A model generated the notes under the pieces. It ran no database searches. It was not told the origin of the DNA and saw only the letters and a list, made by a program, of their open reading frames with translations. A program made the position numbers and the translations under genes. A DNA stretch of 64,000 bases, from NCBI RefSeq assembly GCF_006345805.1, contig NC_043016.1, positions 21,576,001 through 21,640,000 on the forward strand. Direction: 5' to 3'. Source of the stretch: Octopus sinensis. Taxonomy: Eukaryota. This document shows, piece by piece, positions 1-13,050 of the stretch (position 1 is the stretch's first letter; each line of letters begins with the position of its first letter).

Positions 1-136
1 CTTATCCACTAAGTCATCCACTAACATTGTGTTTATATCTGGCAGCTGCTGTAACCTCACTGAGATGTGATTGGGGAATCCAGTCACAAAAGCCAGCTTC
101 ACAATCTACATATAGAGGTATATATATGTATGTGTA

Positions 137-196
<60 letters not shown>

Positions 197-870
197 TGTA
201 TGTATGTATGTATGTATAACAGTAGTGTGAAGTCAAGAGATGCAAGTCATGCACTACATATCTGTTGATCTTTATATAACTCAGAAATTAAAATAAAAAA
301 GAACGTAATGTATTTGTTGCCACATTGAAAAGTTGTTCAAATCATTGGAAACTGAGCTAAAATAGTTGCTTCGTTTCAAAGGAAACCCATCCAAATTCGA
401 TACTTTGCTGTATTTATATGCTCTTTTCTGCTTTCTCTAGGCTTTGTTTCAAGAAAAACGTAGATGAAATCTTTTGTCCTTCCCTTCTTATCTTTCAACA
501 ACTATCATTTCTCTCCTGCCTATCTGTAAAGTCAATGCCTGTAAGATTCTTTATCTTGAAGGCATGCTTTGAAAAAACAAATGTTTCAGCTTTAGCTCCC
601 CTTCTGTCAGTTCTTCTTTGTCAACAATTCTTTGTAAATGACGTCACTAATATGACAGTCTAAATGGTTGAATGGGTTTGGCTTTTTGACCCGTAAAAAT
701 TCTGACCAAAGCATATCAACAATCCCATAATTCTTAATTAGTCAGCTCAAATGTTGCCATGACTTTCGAATATCTATTTTGCTCTGTTGTAAGTTTTGAA
801 ATTATTATCATTAACCATCTTCTGTATTGAACAAATTTTCAAAAATTCTGAAGTCAGACATATAATATAC

Positions 871-1204
871 TCTTTTTTACTCTTTTTACTTGTTTCAGTC
901 ATTTGACTGCGGCCATGCTGGAGCACCGCCTTTAGTCGAGCAAATCGACCCCGGGACTTATTCTTTGTAAGCCCAGTACTTATTCTATCGGTCTCTTTTG
1001 CTGAACCGCTAAGTGACGGGGACGTAAACACACCAGCATCGGCTGTCAAGCAATGCTAGGGGGACAAACACAGACACACATACATATATATATATATATA
1101 CATATATACGACAGGCTTCTTTCAGTTTCTGTCTACCAAATCCACTCACAAGGCATTGGTCGGCCCGGGGCTATAGCAGAAGACACTTGCCCAAGATGCC
1201 GCGC
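871..1204 (-). mobile_element. tRNA-derived SINE with internal (CA)/(TA) tract, 5'-truncated
   Basis: Same family as 54085-54452, with high similarity. Confidence 0.8.
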
Positions 1205-1531
1205 ATATAGCTAATTAATCTTTTGTTTATTTTACTAAAATTGTCTTTCCATTTTTTTGAAACTGATTTGCAATTCATGCACACACTCACACACACATGC
1301 ACTTTTTCTTTCATAAGATTTCTCGGATTTTCAAAATATTTGTCTAAATGACTGAAATGTATGTATAATTTGTATTCTAATCTTATATGTATTGAATTAT
1401 AAGATATATATGTATGCTATTGAGGTTCTCATTTTGTTAAATGAATAAATAATCCAACATTATAATATCCGAAAGTTGATGAACAAACTAAATTTGTTTC
1501 TCCATTTTCTTATTTGTATTATATATATATA

Positions 1532-3391
1532 CTAGCAGAGATACCTGGCATTGCTCAGGATTAAAATGGCATAGTTTGTATATATATATATATATATGTT
1601 AAAACACGTGATATGGGAAAGTGCAGTATTGATGACAAAACATTTGTGGAATAAATGATGGGCTAATTTGACTAAGCGACTTGTCATTTACCTTTTTAGA
1701 GTATTACAGGCCCTAACCAGCCATGGAAAATTGGGGGTTGGTTGGGGCATGTGGTTTTTGAATGCACCAAAAAGCTGTCAGTGGATATAATCTCCTTTGC
1801 AGCAGTTGGCGCTGCATCTAACATGACCCATTGTCTGAAGTTTTGACATCTCTTTTGAGTTTGTAGTCCTACATCACTCATAAAGCAAATTTGGAGGAAC
1901 TCTGGTTGTTCATTTGTGGGTAACAGGGAAACAATGAGGTGATAGACTTGCCCTTAAACTTTGAACATTGGCATAAATCCAAGTTCAACTTTCTCCTTAG
2001 ATCCACCAAACGATGTCATTTGAAATGCAGAGTTGTGTTGTCTGATGTTCAGAAAATCCTTTGACTGGATGGAAGTGCCTTCCAGAAGATGTATAAGAGG
2101 TTCAGGGGGAGCTGGTAGTGCTGGCAATCTTACCTTACCACCTAAGTTGTGCATGCCATTAGTTTCATTTGGAAATTTAAAAACTTTGTAGAAATGCCAA
2201 TTTGAGTTTAGCACACCACTTTGGACAAAATTATAATTTTTATAAGAATAGGATGGATCATATCTGAAGGCAGCTCCAGGAGTTGTGAAGAATTTGTACA
2301 AAGTCTGTTTATGAGAGTTATTCTACTGGACTGCTGTCTAATCAATAAAATGTTGTTTTAATGATCCAGTATTAAGTGCTGCAGCATGCATTTACTGATC
2401 TTGGGAAAGTCTCATCTCCTTTCTGTATTGAGACTCCATCTGACATGTTGCAGCATGCTTTACTGATCTTGAGAAAGTTTCATCTCACTTCCGTCTTGAG
2501 ACTTCATTTGATGTGCTGCAGCATGTATTTGCTGATCTTGAGAAAGCCTCATCTCATTTCTGTCTTGAGACTCCAATTGATGTGCTGCAGCAGGCATTTG
2601 CTGATCTTGGGAAAGTCTCATCTCTTTTCTCTCTTGAGACTTTCACCTTCGGTTTTCTACAGTCCTCCTTGCTTTATACTTGTTTCTGGAGAGATTACAT
2701 TTTTTCTTTGGTGGCGTATTTTTTCCAATATTGTAAACCAAAAATTATGAATATGAAAGAAATTATACAGTAATCTCTATTATTGTAAGCAGTTGTATGT
2801 AGTATGTCTCTACTTTTGTATGCAGTGTAAATTAACCAAATAGAAGTACATGTATGAACTGCTAATTTAAGGGTAAATTTGCAATTGCTGCAATAATTAT
2901 TAACTGGTAATTGAATGGTAAATGTGTATTTTTATATACCTAGGACCTGCCACCTCAATGTTTTTTGTCAAGAGTGTCACCTCCAACTGTTCATTATGTC
3001 AGTCAACACACATACACTGACACTCCATTCTACTGTCATGGCCATAAAGATGGAAAGTTACTGATGCGTAATGTTGTTGACATTAGGATATAATTAGAAT
3101 TAGAAGTAAAACAATATTATAGACTTATCACATTAGAACTAAAAGTGAAAGAACAAAAGCAAAGCAATATTATATCACATTACAATATAGATGTTATTCT
3201 TTCAATTTTGACATGTAATACCAAACCAGTGCCAATACTATATTGTTTTAATCTAAATGAAAAAAAAATTACATGTTGACACTTATGGGGTCTGATACTA
3301 TTACCATGTAAAATTTGATTTGATTTGGTTGAGCTATTTGAGAATGCACTGGGAACAGACACAGAGAGTCAAAGAATTTTATATATATAGA
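1532..3391 (-). mobile_element. Helitron, internally deleted
   Basis: 5' TCTATATATATAAAA at 3391, 3' hairpin plus CTAG at 1535-1532; Rep N-terminal motifs GKVRLPALPAPPEPL, NIRQHNSAFQMTSFG, GFMPMFKVQGQVYH. Confidence 0.9.
2377..2645 (-). repeat. ~69-bp tandem repeat (~4 copies) encoding the Helitron N-terminal 23-aa repeat
   Basis: Unit starts at 2377, 2446, 2514 and 2583; minus frame reads QLESQDRNEMRLSQDQQIHAAAH. Confidence 0.85.
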
Positions 3392-4107
3392 CAAGCAGAG
3401 ATACCTGGTGTTGCTTGGGATTAAAATGATAGTTTTTATATATATATTACAATTATGTTGAAACAGGTGATACGAGAAAGTGCAGCATTGATGGTAAAAC
3501 ATTTGTAGAGTAAATGATGGTCTGATTCAATTAAGCAACATGTAACACGTCCATTTGGAAGATTCCAAGCCCTAACCTATCATGGAAAATTGGGGGTTGG
3601 TGTGGGGAGGGGTATGTAATTTTCGAACCCACCAAAATGTTGTCAGTAGATATACTCACCTTTGAGGTAGTCAGACTGCATCTAACAAGACCCATCATAT
3701 GCCTGATAATCAAATGGATGGAGGTGTAATGGAGATATTGTACATAAATGGGTTCATTCCGGATATGGGCTGCAATGGGAGAAGGCGACAGGGAAGTGAA
3801 CTGTTGAAATGTTGCAGAAGGTGAAGGGTTGACATTGGATTGCTGGTGTGGCTGTAGAATAAGGAACATAAAGTGAGCCTATGCAGTCACATGAGAATAT
3901 GTAGTAATGAATTACTTGAAAAGATAAGGCATAATGGCTTCCCGCGTGGTATGTATATAGTATGTCTGTATTTTTGTATGCAGTGAAAATTAACAAAATA
4001 TAAGTAAATGAACAAAATAGAAACACATATATGGAACTGCTAATTTAATGGTTAATGCCACAATAGTTATTACAGAGAGAGACAAAGAATTATATATATA
4101 TATAGGA
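3392..4107 (-). mobile_element. Second non-autonomous Helitron copy
   Basis: 3' region homologous to 1532-1820 (CTTG end), 5' TCCTATATATA start; abuts the first copy. Confidence 0.75.
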
Positions 4108-4109
4108 TG

Positions 4110-5668
4110 AATTTCTTAATGTAAGGGTAAATATGTAATTGAAAATACTTTGCAACCTTGCAACTGCTGTGATAATTATTAACTGGTAATGAAACAGTGA
4201 ATGTGTATTTAATTATTTACCTTAGACTTTGTCACCTAATTGGATTTTTCAAGAGTATCACCTCTAGAACTCACATACATACATTCAAGCATATCAGTCA
4301 TCACATATGTATGTGTGTTTAATAATGTACGTTACATGGAAACACACACACTCACAGACACATACACACTCATGCACTCACAGACACATACACACTCATA
4401 CACTCACAGACAGATATATACTCATATACAAAATGTGACATCGTCATGGTGGTGGTGATATAAAATGTTCCTGACATACACTCACATACATATACTAAGA
4501 TAGCTACACAAAGACATACATTCACGCATGTCAGTTGTTACATATGTATATGTATGTGTAAATGTGTGTGTGTGTTTAATTATGTACTTAATGTGGAAAG
4601 ACGCACACACTATGAGAAATATAGACACTCTTAAATACATACATACACTCACAAACAGATAAACAGATATATAAAATGTGATGTCATTGTCATCGTGGTA
4701 TAAAATGTCTTGTTGACAATAGAAAGATTATCTCTATGAAATGTTATATTGTTTTAGTCAAAACAAAACAAAATGCAAATAATCAAAATGAAAATATAAT
4801 TTCGTATTGACACTGAGCAGCCCTCACATACGGATAGTATGTTTAGTAACATACCTAACACGCACACTATGAGACATATGCACACTCATACACACACACA
4901 CACACACACATACATTCGCAGACAGATACACAGTCATATACAAAATGTGACGTCATTGTCGCAGTCATCACATATGTATATTATGTGTAGATATGTTTGT
5001 GTGTGTGTTTAATAACATATCATTACATATGTACATGTATGTGTAGATGTGTGTGTTTAATAACGTACCTAACATGGAAAGACACACACACTATGAGACA
5101 TATATATACACTCATGCACTTACACACATACACTCACAGGCAGATACACAGTCATATACAAAATGTGATAGAAAGATTATCTCTATGAAATGTTATATTG
5201 TTTTTTTCAATCAAAATGAAATGAAATGAAGATAAGATTTCATATTGGCACTGACCAGCCCTCACATACATATAGTGTGTTTAGTAATGTACCTAATGCA
5301 GAAAGACACACACTGTGAGACACTCATACACTCACACACATACATTCACAGACATATACACTGTCATATACAAAATGTGACATTGTTGTGGTGGTGGTTA
5401 AAATTAAAATTAAAAGTATAAAAGTGAAACAATATATCACATTACAATATAATTCTTATTTTCCCACTTTTATTCTTTGACTTTTGAGACATAATACGGA
5501 ACCAGTGTCAATGTTGCATTGTTTTAATCCAAAAAAAAAAAAAGTAACATTGATAATCATGGGATCTGATAGTATAACCATGTAAAATTTGATTTGATAT
5601 GATTTGGTTGAGCTGTTTGAGAATGCATTGGGAACAGACAGAGAGACAAAGGATTTTATATCCATCAC
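4110..5668 (-). mobile_element. Third degenerate Helitron-related copy with internal CA-rich tandem repeats
   Basis: 4150-4270 resembles 2880-2990 and 5420-5665 resembles the 3170-3390 5' end. Confidence 0.55.
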
Positions 5669-5910
5669 TAATGATCACTCCAAACATCATGATGTTAACT
5701 GGATGTTTGATTTTTATCACACTCGGTATATATTCTCAGATTGACACCCAAGCACTCTGAAATGTTCATATTGGAGCTTCCAGCACAAATGCCAAACAGT
5801 ACAGCATATTAATTCCAAATTTCTGGCAGTGTGAATTGCATCATGGTGCTGTTTTTCTCATAGATGGTGCTCAGCTGATCCTACAATACTGTGTAGTCAA
5901 CAAAATCAAA
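5668..5910 (-). mobile_element. Tc1/maT-type transposase remnant, internally deleted
   Basis: Minus-strand KHPVNIMMFGVIISDG and AVLFGICAGSSNMNISECLGVNL fragments. Confidence 0.5.
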
Positions 5911-6059
5911 AACAAACAATGTACATGCACGAAATTAAAATATAAAATGGTGACAATTTACCCATTGCACCCTGACCCACATTTTCATACCACTTCTAAG
6001 ATCCACATTTTCGCACCTACATACACACACACACATGTCAACATCACCAGCCCTCTTCC

Positions 6060-6360
6060 ACACGCACATACAAATTCTGTTATACATACACACACACACC
6101 TTCGTTTTGGGATCACCACCACTTTGTTATCTCACCTTCTCCCTAGATCTCCTGTGTGACCCTTCTGTCCGGCCTTTGCCATAATAGATCACCAGCCACT
6201 ACACATTCTTTATTTTCTCTCCTTGTTTCTTTCTGTGGAAGAGCATAGGCTCGAAACGTTAAAGACTTTTTCACTTCCTGAGCATTATACTAATACATCT
6301 GTTTGTTGTCTACACCACCTATCTTCGTCTTTTGTTTTTTTGTGAATTCTCCCCATATAT
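6060..6360 (+). mobile_element. Penelope-type pseudo-LTR fragment
   Basis: Carries the hammerhead-like motif at 6228-6265; sits between CA/TA repeats; non-coding. Confidence 0.45.
6228..6265 (+). ncRNA. Hammerhead-like motif with non-canonical position 6 (CUGUGGA)
   Basis: TCTTT-CTGTGGA-A-GAGC ATAG GCTC-GAAA-CG-T-T-AAAGA; stems I and II pair, palindromic ACGT stem III. Confidence 0.45.
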
Positions 6361-7099
6361 TATATACTCACATGGTTGACCCAGTTGATTCTGTCTCCTC
6401 TCATCACCCACAAACTTCTACGGATTCTACCTGTCTTCTCTCATCACCCACCAACTTCTACTGGACTTTCTACACTTCAGCTGCTCCTCTCCTGCCTATG
6501 GATTACACTGGACTCTTCTGTTGATGAAAAATCGCTCCAATACACCACGACGTCTGAAGCTTTTGAACTTTTCGTAACTTTTTTTATACTTTCTAAATTT
6601 TTTTTGTACTTTCTGCTTTTTCCCATTGTCGTTTCTACCCACTCTGGTTGTTCTTACTCTACTTTCTCTAATCCGCACCTGTTACCTTGCCTCTCTCTTC
6701 CTCTTTTTCTTTTCCTCTTTCGTCTTCTCTTCTCCCCTTCCTCCCTCTTTTCTCTTTATTTCTTCCATCTTTGTCCTTTCTTTTCCTGTCTTTATTTTCT
6801 CCTCCCACCTCTCATATACGTTTTCTCTCCTCGTGCCTTTTGTGTCTTTTCTCCTCACGCCATTTACTTTTTTCCTCCCCACATCTTTATTTACCTTCCC
6901 CCTCCCCCCCTTTTTTTCCTTCTACTTTCTCTTCTCTTCTCGTTTTACAATCATGCCTGGTTACAAACCTTTCCTCCTTGACCTCCACAAGCGCCTAAAA
7001 CAACACCTTCACACCCTTCCTTCTCGCTGTGTATACACACGCACATATATATACACAAACACACACACATATATATATATATATACACATGCACACATA

Positions 7100-7895
7100 T
7101 ATCATCATCCTCATCATTTAACATTCATTGTCCATACTGACATGGATTGGATGGTTTGGCCAGGGCTGGCAAGCTGGAAGGCTGCACCAGACTCCAGTCT
7201 GATTTGGAATGGTTTCTATGACTGGATGCCCTTCCTAACATCAACTACTCCAAGAGTGTAATGGATGCTTTTGTGTGCCACTGGCATCAGCCACTTTGCC
7301 TCAGGACAACACTTGAAAGGTGCTTTTTTATGTGCCACTGGCACGGGTGCCTGTTACATGACACCAGCATTGGCCATTACTACAATTTCACTTGGCTTGA
7401 TGGATCTTCTCAAGCACAGCATATCACTAAAGGTCTCAATCACCAGTCACTGCCTCTGTGAGGGTCAAAGTTTGAAGATCATGCTTCACCACCTCTTCCC
7501 ATGTCTTCCTGCGTCTACCTCTATCACAGGTTTCCTCCACAGTTAGTGATTGCTACTTCTTAACACACCTGTCCTTGTCCATATGCATCACATGACCATA
7601 GCAACACAGTCTTCTCTCTTGCACACCACATCTGATGCCTCTTATGCCCAACTTTTCTCTCAAGATACTTACATTCTGTTGTACATACACACTAACATTG
7701 TACATCCAGCGAAGCATACTGGCTTCATTTCTTTTAAAGCTACACATGTCCTTGGCTATCACAGCTCATGTTTCACTAGCATGTAGCATAGCTGTTTGCA
7801 CACAGGCCCTTTGTTGCCAGCAGAGGTAGGAGCTCTCTGAACTTTGCCCAGCCTAATCTTATTCTCATACCTATGCTCTTGGAGCCTCCACCTTC
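7100..7895 (-). mobile_element. RTE-clade LINE 3' fragment
   Basis: RNEASMLRWM..REKLGIRGIRCGVQERRLCCYGHV, plus 3' UTR and (ATG)n tail. Confidence 0.85.
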
Positions 7896-8034
7896 ACTAC
7901 TAACTATTTATATATATGCATGCACACACACACATACTTATACATATATATATATATGTAGAGATACATGTGTACGCATATATAATACATATATATGCGT
8001 ATATATAATACATATATATGCGTATATATACATA

Positions 8035-8225
8035 TACTCGTTTCAGTCATTTGACTGTGGCCATGCTGAAGCACTGCCTTTAGTCTAGCAAATCGACCTC
8101 AGGACTTATTCTTTGTAAGCCTAGTACTTATTCTATCATTCTCTTTTGCCGAACCACTAAGTTACGGGGATGTAAACACACCAGCATTGGTTGTCAAGCA
8201 ATGTTGGGGGGCAAACACAGACACA
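8035..8225 (-). mobile_element. SINE 3' half
   Basis: Homologous to 890-1075. Confidence 0.75.
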
Positions 8226-8295
8226 CATATATATATACATGCATATATAAATATACATATATATATGAATATATACATGCATATATATATATATA

Positions 8296-8340
<45 letters not shown>

Positions 8341-8619
8341 CACACATATTGACAATGCTTCTACAAGTTGATGGTGACAAGGTAGTGGGTTGTTTGCAAT
8401 GTTTCAAGTGGCACAGGCACTTCAGAAGCAGAAGAATGTCCCTGGAAGCCATGAACATCATCCCTGGAAATGTGGTATTGTGCATTGGTAATTCATCTCC
8501 CAAGGCCAGACCATCAATTGAGAGTTCTGTGATGTTTTGAAGTGTGTTAGGGAGGACATTCAGTGAAAGTGACTGGATATGTGGAGCACAAAGAATCGGA
8601 TTCTTCAATGGATACTGTC

Positions 8620-8985
8620 ACTGAGTTCTCTTCACTCCTGAGTTTCTCACCCAAAACAAGATGGTATCGCTTCCACACCCACTCTATTTACCAGATTTAG
8701 CACATGCAGACTTCCATCTCTTCCCCCAAGATGAAAAGGCAGATCAAAGGTCGCCATTTTAACACCATGTTCAAGATCAAGAGTGAATCACAGAAGGTCC
8801 TCTATTCACTTACAGAAAACAACTTCCAGGCCAGACACCAAAAGTGGCAAGAATGCAAGGAATGATGTATTGCTGGCTAAGGTGATAATTTTGGCGGAGA
8901 TGATGTTAAAACTTAAGTTAACAAGTTATTTTTTAATAAACATAATTAGTCCAGGGAACCTTTTGATACCACTTTGTATCTTGTA
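8620..8985 (+). mobile_element. mariner transposase 3' fragment
   Basis: HPLYLPDLAHADFHLFPKMKRQIKGRHF is a degenerate YSPDLAPxD motif. Confidence 0.75.
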
Positions 8986-9789
8986 TATGAGTGTATCTTA
9001 GATGATGATGTTATACTCTTCTGTGAAGATGTCATATCATTTAGTTTAGGTTTTTTTGTCTGGGTGCATCTTGTATTCTTCACTTTATGTTGATATCACT
9101 GATACTTTCTTTTACTTCCAAATGAGATTTGATAGTTTTGTAGCTTTGTTTTATTTACATACCTGAACATAGCAGTGTGATTGTAATAGGAATGTTTGAA
9201 TTTGCCTTGTCATGCCTGTATAGCTTACTTGTTCAGAATTAGAGTTAGATCTAGTAGAAAAAGTAAAAGGTAAGAAGGGGAATACTTGGAGGTCTTTGGA
9301 GAGCAAAACTAAATTTACTAACCACGAGAATTTATGATATATTTGAAGAATTTCATGTTAAATTGAGGATTGAGCAGTCTCATGGTCTTTGCAAGCTGGT
9401 GGGATTGGTTCCATTAATGTTCCTCTTAAACTTTTGTAAGTTAATAACCTACAGAAAAGACATGAATAAGCAGGGAATTCCAGAGGACTAACATTCTGAA
9501 AAGGACTGGATGTAGTGATTTAGTGTAGAGCCTAGTATTGGGGTTGGACAAAACAAAAATTATGGTAGAATAAAAGACAAGTGGGTCAAGAATACATACA
9601 TATGCACACACGGAGAAATAAGTATTATGTTAAATGATCAGTTACAGGGACCATGGACTTGAGGCATAATACATTCTGAGTTCAAATCTGGTTGAAATTA
9701 GTTTTGCCTTTCATTCACCCAAAGTCAGTAATAATAAAATACTAGTCCAGTACTGGTGTCAAAATAACTGAATATTCTCCTTCCACATA

Positions 9790-10400
9790 TTTCATCATAA
9801 TTTAACATCTATTTTCCATTCTGGCATGGGTTAGATGGTTGGACTGGAGCTGGTAGGTTGGAGAGCTACACCAGGCTCCAGTTTATAGCTGGATGCCCTT
9901 CCTAAATCCAACTGCTCTATAACATGTCACTGGCATGGGTGTCTTTTATATGTCACTGACACTGGTGCCTTTCACATATCACCAGCTCTGGCCATGACCA
10001 TAATTTCACTTAGCTTGACAAGTTCTCTCAAGCAGAGCAAATTGCCAGAAGTTTCAGTTATTTGTCATCACCTCTGTGGGAATTGACATCCAAAGATCAA
10101 ATTTTACCACCTTGTCCTACATCTTCCTGGCTCTACTCCTTCCACAGGTTCCCTCCACAATTAGAGATCAGCATTCCTTTATGCAGCTGTCCTATCCATA
10201 TGCATCCCATGACCATACCAGTGCAGCCTTGTTTCTTGCACACTACATCTTATACCTCTCGTGCTTAATTTTTCTCTCAAGATGCTTACACTTTGTCATA
10301 TATGCATACCAACATTGTACATCCAGCAGAGCATACTAGCTTCAAGCCTTCACATGTCATCTGCAGTCACAACCCATGTAGCATGGCTGTTCATCTTGTA
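9790..10400 (-). mobile_element. RTE-clade LINE 3' fragment
   Basis: Homologous to 7100-7895. Confidence 0.7.
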
Positions 10401-10850
10401 AAAATCTTAGTATATCACAGAAAATGCTTCACAACATTTCTTCCAGCTCTTTATATTTTGAATTTAAATGCTGTCAAAGTCAACTTTGACTTCCATTCTT
10501 TTGCCTTGATAAAATAAAGTATCAGTGAAGTTCAAGGGCCTGTGTAATCAATTATTCCTCTCCTTTTAAAGTTGCTGGCCTTGAGCCAAAATTTGAAGCA
10601 ATTATTATTAACATTATCATTATCATTATTATATAAAAGCTACAATCCAGCAGAATCGTTAGCACACCAAGCAAAATGCTTAGCAACATTTTGTCCATCT
10701 TAACATTCTGCGTTTAGATTCTGCTGAGGTCGACTTTGCTTTTCATCCTTTCAGGTTTGATAATCTAAGTACCAGTCAAGTACTGGAGTCAGTGTAATCA
10801 ACTATTCCCCTCCCCCAAAATTCCAGTGCCTATAATAGAAAGTATTATTA

Positions 10851-10884
<34 letters not shown>

Positions 10885-10904
10885 CATTATTATTACTGAG
10901 TGGG

Positions 10905-11355
10905 AGAGTAGTGCATGCCATCAAAGTGACACTAGGGTGTAAATATGCAAAGCCCAACAATAATACCCATCATGACTACCTACTCAATGAGGGTACACGA
11001 GGCACATGCATCACAACTATATGTGTATGACATGGTGATCTTATATCAAAATAAGCAGTTCATGACCTTACAGGTGGGCCCAATTAGAATTTTCTTCAAG
11101 TTGAGTAGCCCATCCTGCTCAAAAGATCCCTGAATAAGGGTTGTTTAAGGATGATGGACAAAACACCCATGTTTCCAGAGGTGAATTATTCAAACCCCAA
11201 AGAATTCCTCTCAACCCAAAGCTATGGTGCTCCCCCACTACTACTGCTCATGATCAGAGCTGTACATATCATCAGCCAGTAAGGGACATGCTCAATTGGT
11301 TAAAGTCAAGCAACTGACAAACAAATCTGCTGTATTGAGTAGAATATTTGCTGTT
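10905..11355 (-). repeat. Unclassified interspersed repeat after (ATT)n
   Basis: More balanced base composition than its flanks, sharp boundaries, (ATT)n tail on the left. Confidence 0.4.
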
Positions 11356-11409
11356 GCAAAAGATTGCCCCAAGACAAAATATGTAATTATTTGACATTTG
11401 ATAGTTTCA

Positions 11410-12620
11410 GGTAAATTTCTACTACATCACCTGCTACACCTCTGTGTTGCTGAGGTGTGTGCAGCATTGTGTGTTCTTCTTTTTATGTTTGAGGAGAGTA
11501 CAAAACTCTTCCTTTTTGTTTTCTTATGGGGTTTGGCTTGAGTCTTTTGTTGTATTAGTGTTTGTATTGTATGTTGTGTGTGTAATGTGAGTTGTGTTCT
11601 TCTGTTGGGTATCTGACCTGTAGAGTACATGTTGTGGATGTAGAGTACATGTTGGATATTTGCTGTATAGAGTGTGTCTTATGGTTCTGGATTGTTTTAT
11701 TTGGGTTGTGCTATTGAATTGATAATGTCTTGCATATGATGAGGGCTGTTCCTAGTAGGCCTATTTTTTGGATAGTGAGTACTGCCGAGGGGTAGGGCAT
11801 GTCTCCAGAATGGAGAACTATCGCCTTCCAAGATTGCCCTGTTTGGCGAACTCTCCGCCGGCCACCGAGTGAGAGGAGCTCCGAGAAAGCACTACAAAGA
11901 CTGCCTCAAGAAGTCTCTAACAGCATGTCATATTAACCACCAATGCTGGTCAGACCTGGCTGCGGACCGTGATGTCTGGCACCACACGATCTTTAACGCA
12001 GTCAGCGAGTTTGAGGAACAAAGAAGAGATGCACTTAAAGACAAGAGATGCAGGAGGAAGGCGCGAGCCGCTTCTGACACCACACCGGATGTTACCTTCA
12101 TCTGTGAACACTGCTCACGGACCTGCCTTTCCCACATCGGACTTGTCAGTCATGAGCGTGCATGCACGTGACATGGACAGCCTTCCTGATCTTTGTTCGC
12201 AAAGCTGAGCCATGATGATGACTGGTGTGGGTCTAGTTATGACTTCTACTCTTTTTATCACACCCAGTGCTCCAATTATTACTGATATCATTCTTACCTT
12301 CACATCTCATACCTTGAATATTTCAATTTTCAACTGTGACAGTTTTCCACTTCTTTTTGAGTAATATTTTGGCCAGAAGGGACTGGAATGTCTATCTGTA
12401 AGCAGGTGTTCTTTATTTCAATTCTTGATTATTATGCCTGGGTGATTAGCTTTGATTTTTTGTCAGTTTAAGCAGGCGTATCCCAGATGATTACGGCCTG
12501 GTCATTGTCATGTACCTTCTTTGGTACATGTTTATACCGATTCTTGTTAGTTTTTATGTTGTAGTGTTGGCATACTGCCTAGCAGACATAACTACTTATT
12601 CAGTTATGTTTATGTATTAT
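11410..12620 (-). mobile_element. R4/Dong-type (restriction-like endonuclease) non-LTR retrotransposon, 3' fragment, interrupted
   Basis: KVRMISVIIGALGVIK (~12260-12300) and IQKIGLLGTALIICKTLSIQ* (~11715-11775) are typical RLE C-terminal motifs; (ATT)n flank. Confidence 0.7.
11800..12215 (+). mobile_element. RTE/BovB-like LINE 3' end inserted in the R4-type element
   Basis: PKIALFGEL..GHRVRGAPRKHYKDCLKKSL...CEHCSRTCLSHIGLVSHERAC followed by an (ATG)n tail. Confidence 0.8.
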
Positions 12621-12654
12621 CATTATTATTATTATTATTGCTGTTGTTGTTGTT

Positions 12655-13015
12655 AGCATGCCAGACGAAATGCATAGCAGTATTTGGTCTTTTGCTACAT
12701 TCTGAGTTCAAATTCTGCCAAGGTCAAGTTTGCTTTTCATCCTTTCAGGGTCAATAAAAAGGGTACCAGTTGATCACTGGGGTTGATGTAATCGACTATC
12801 TCTCTCCCCCAAATTTCAGGCTGGGCAAAATGCTTCGCGACATTTTGTCTGTGTTTATGTTCTGAGTTCAAATTCCAGTGAGGTCGACTTTGTCTTTCAT
12901 CCTTTTGGGGTCGATAAATTAAGTACTAGTGAAACACTGGGGTTGATGTAATCAACTAGTCCCTCCCCCCCCCCACACACACAAATTTCAGGCCTTGTGC
13001 CTTTAGTAGAAAGGA
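12655..13015 (+). mobile_element. Two tandem copies of a second SINE family
   Basis: ttctgagttcaaatt..gtcgactttgcttttcatcc..ggggttgatgtaatc repeated twice; related copies near 9670, 10660, 15390(-) and 35140(-). Confidence 0.7.
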
Positions 13016-13050
13016 TTATTATTGTTATTATTATTATTATTATTATTATT

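Noticed and set aside
400-700. Decayed minus-strand reading frame, vaguely gag-like (LKHLFFQSMPS)
   Set aside because: Multiple stops and too little similarity to assign
6376-7261. Overlapping 201- and 211-aa ORFs
   Set aside because: Driven by a low-complexity CT-rich tract and CA/TA repeats; no recognisable domain
9237-9269. Possible upstream sorting nexin exon ending at GTAAGA (LELDLVEKVK)
   Set aside because: Phase fits but there is no similarity to SNX-BAR sequence and the acceptor is weak
11411-11454. Possible + strand exon after tttcAG
   Set aside because: Lies at the end of the R4-type element 3' UTR, has a weak donor and no family similarity
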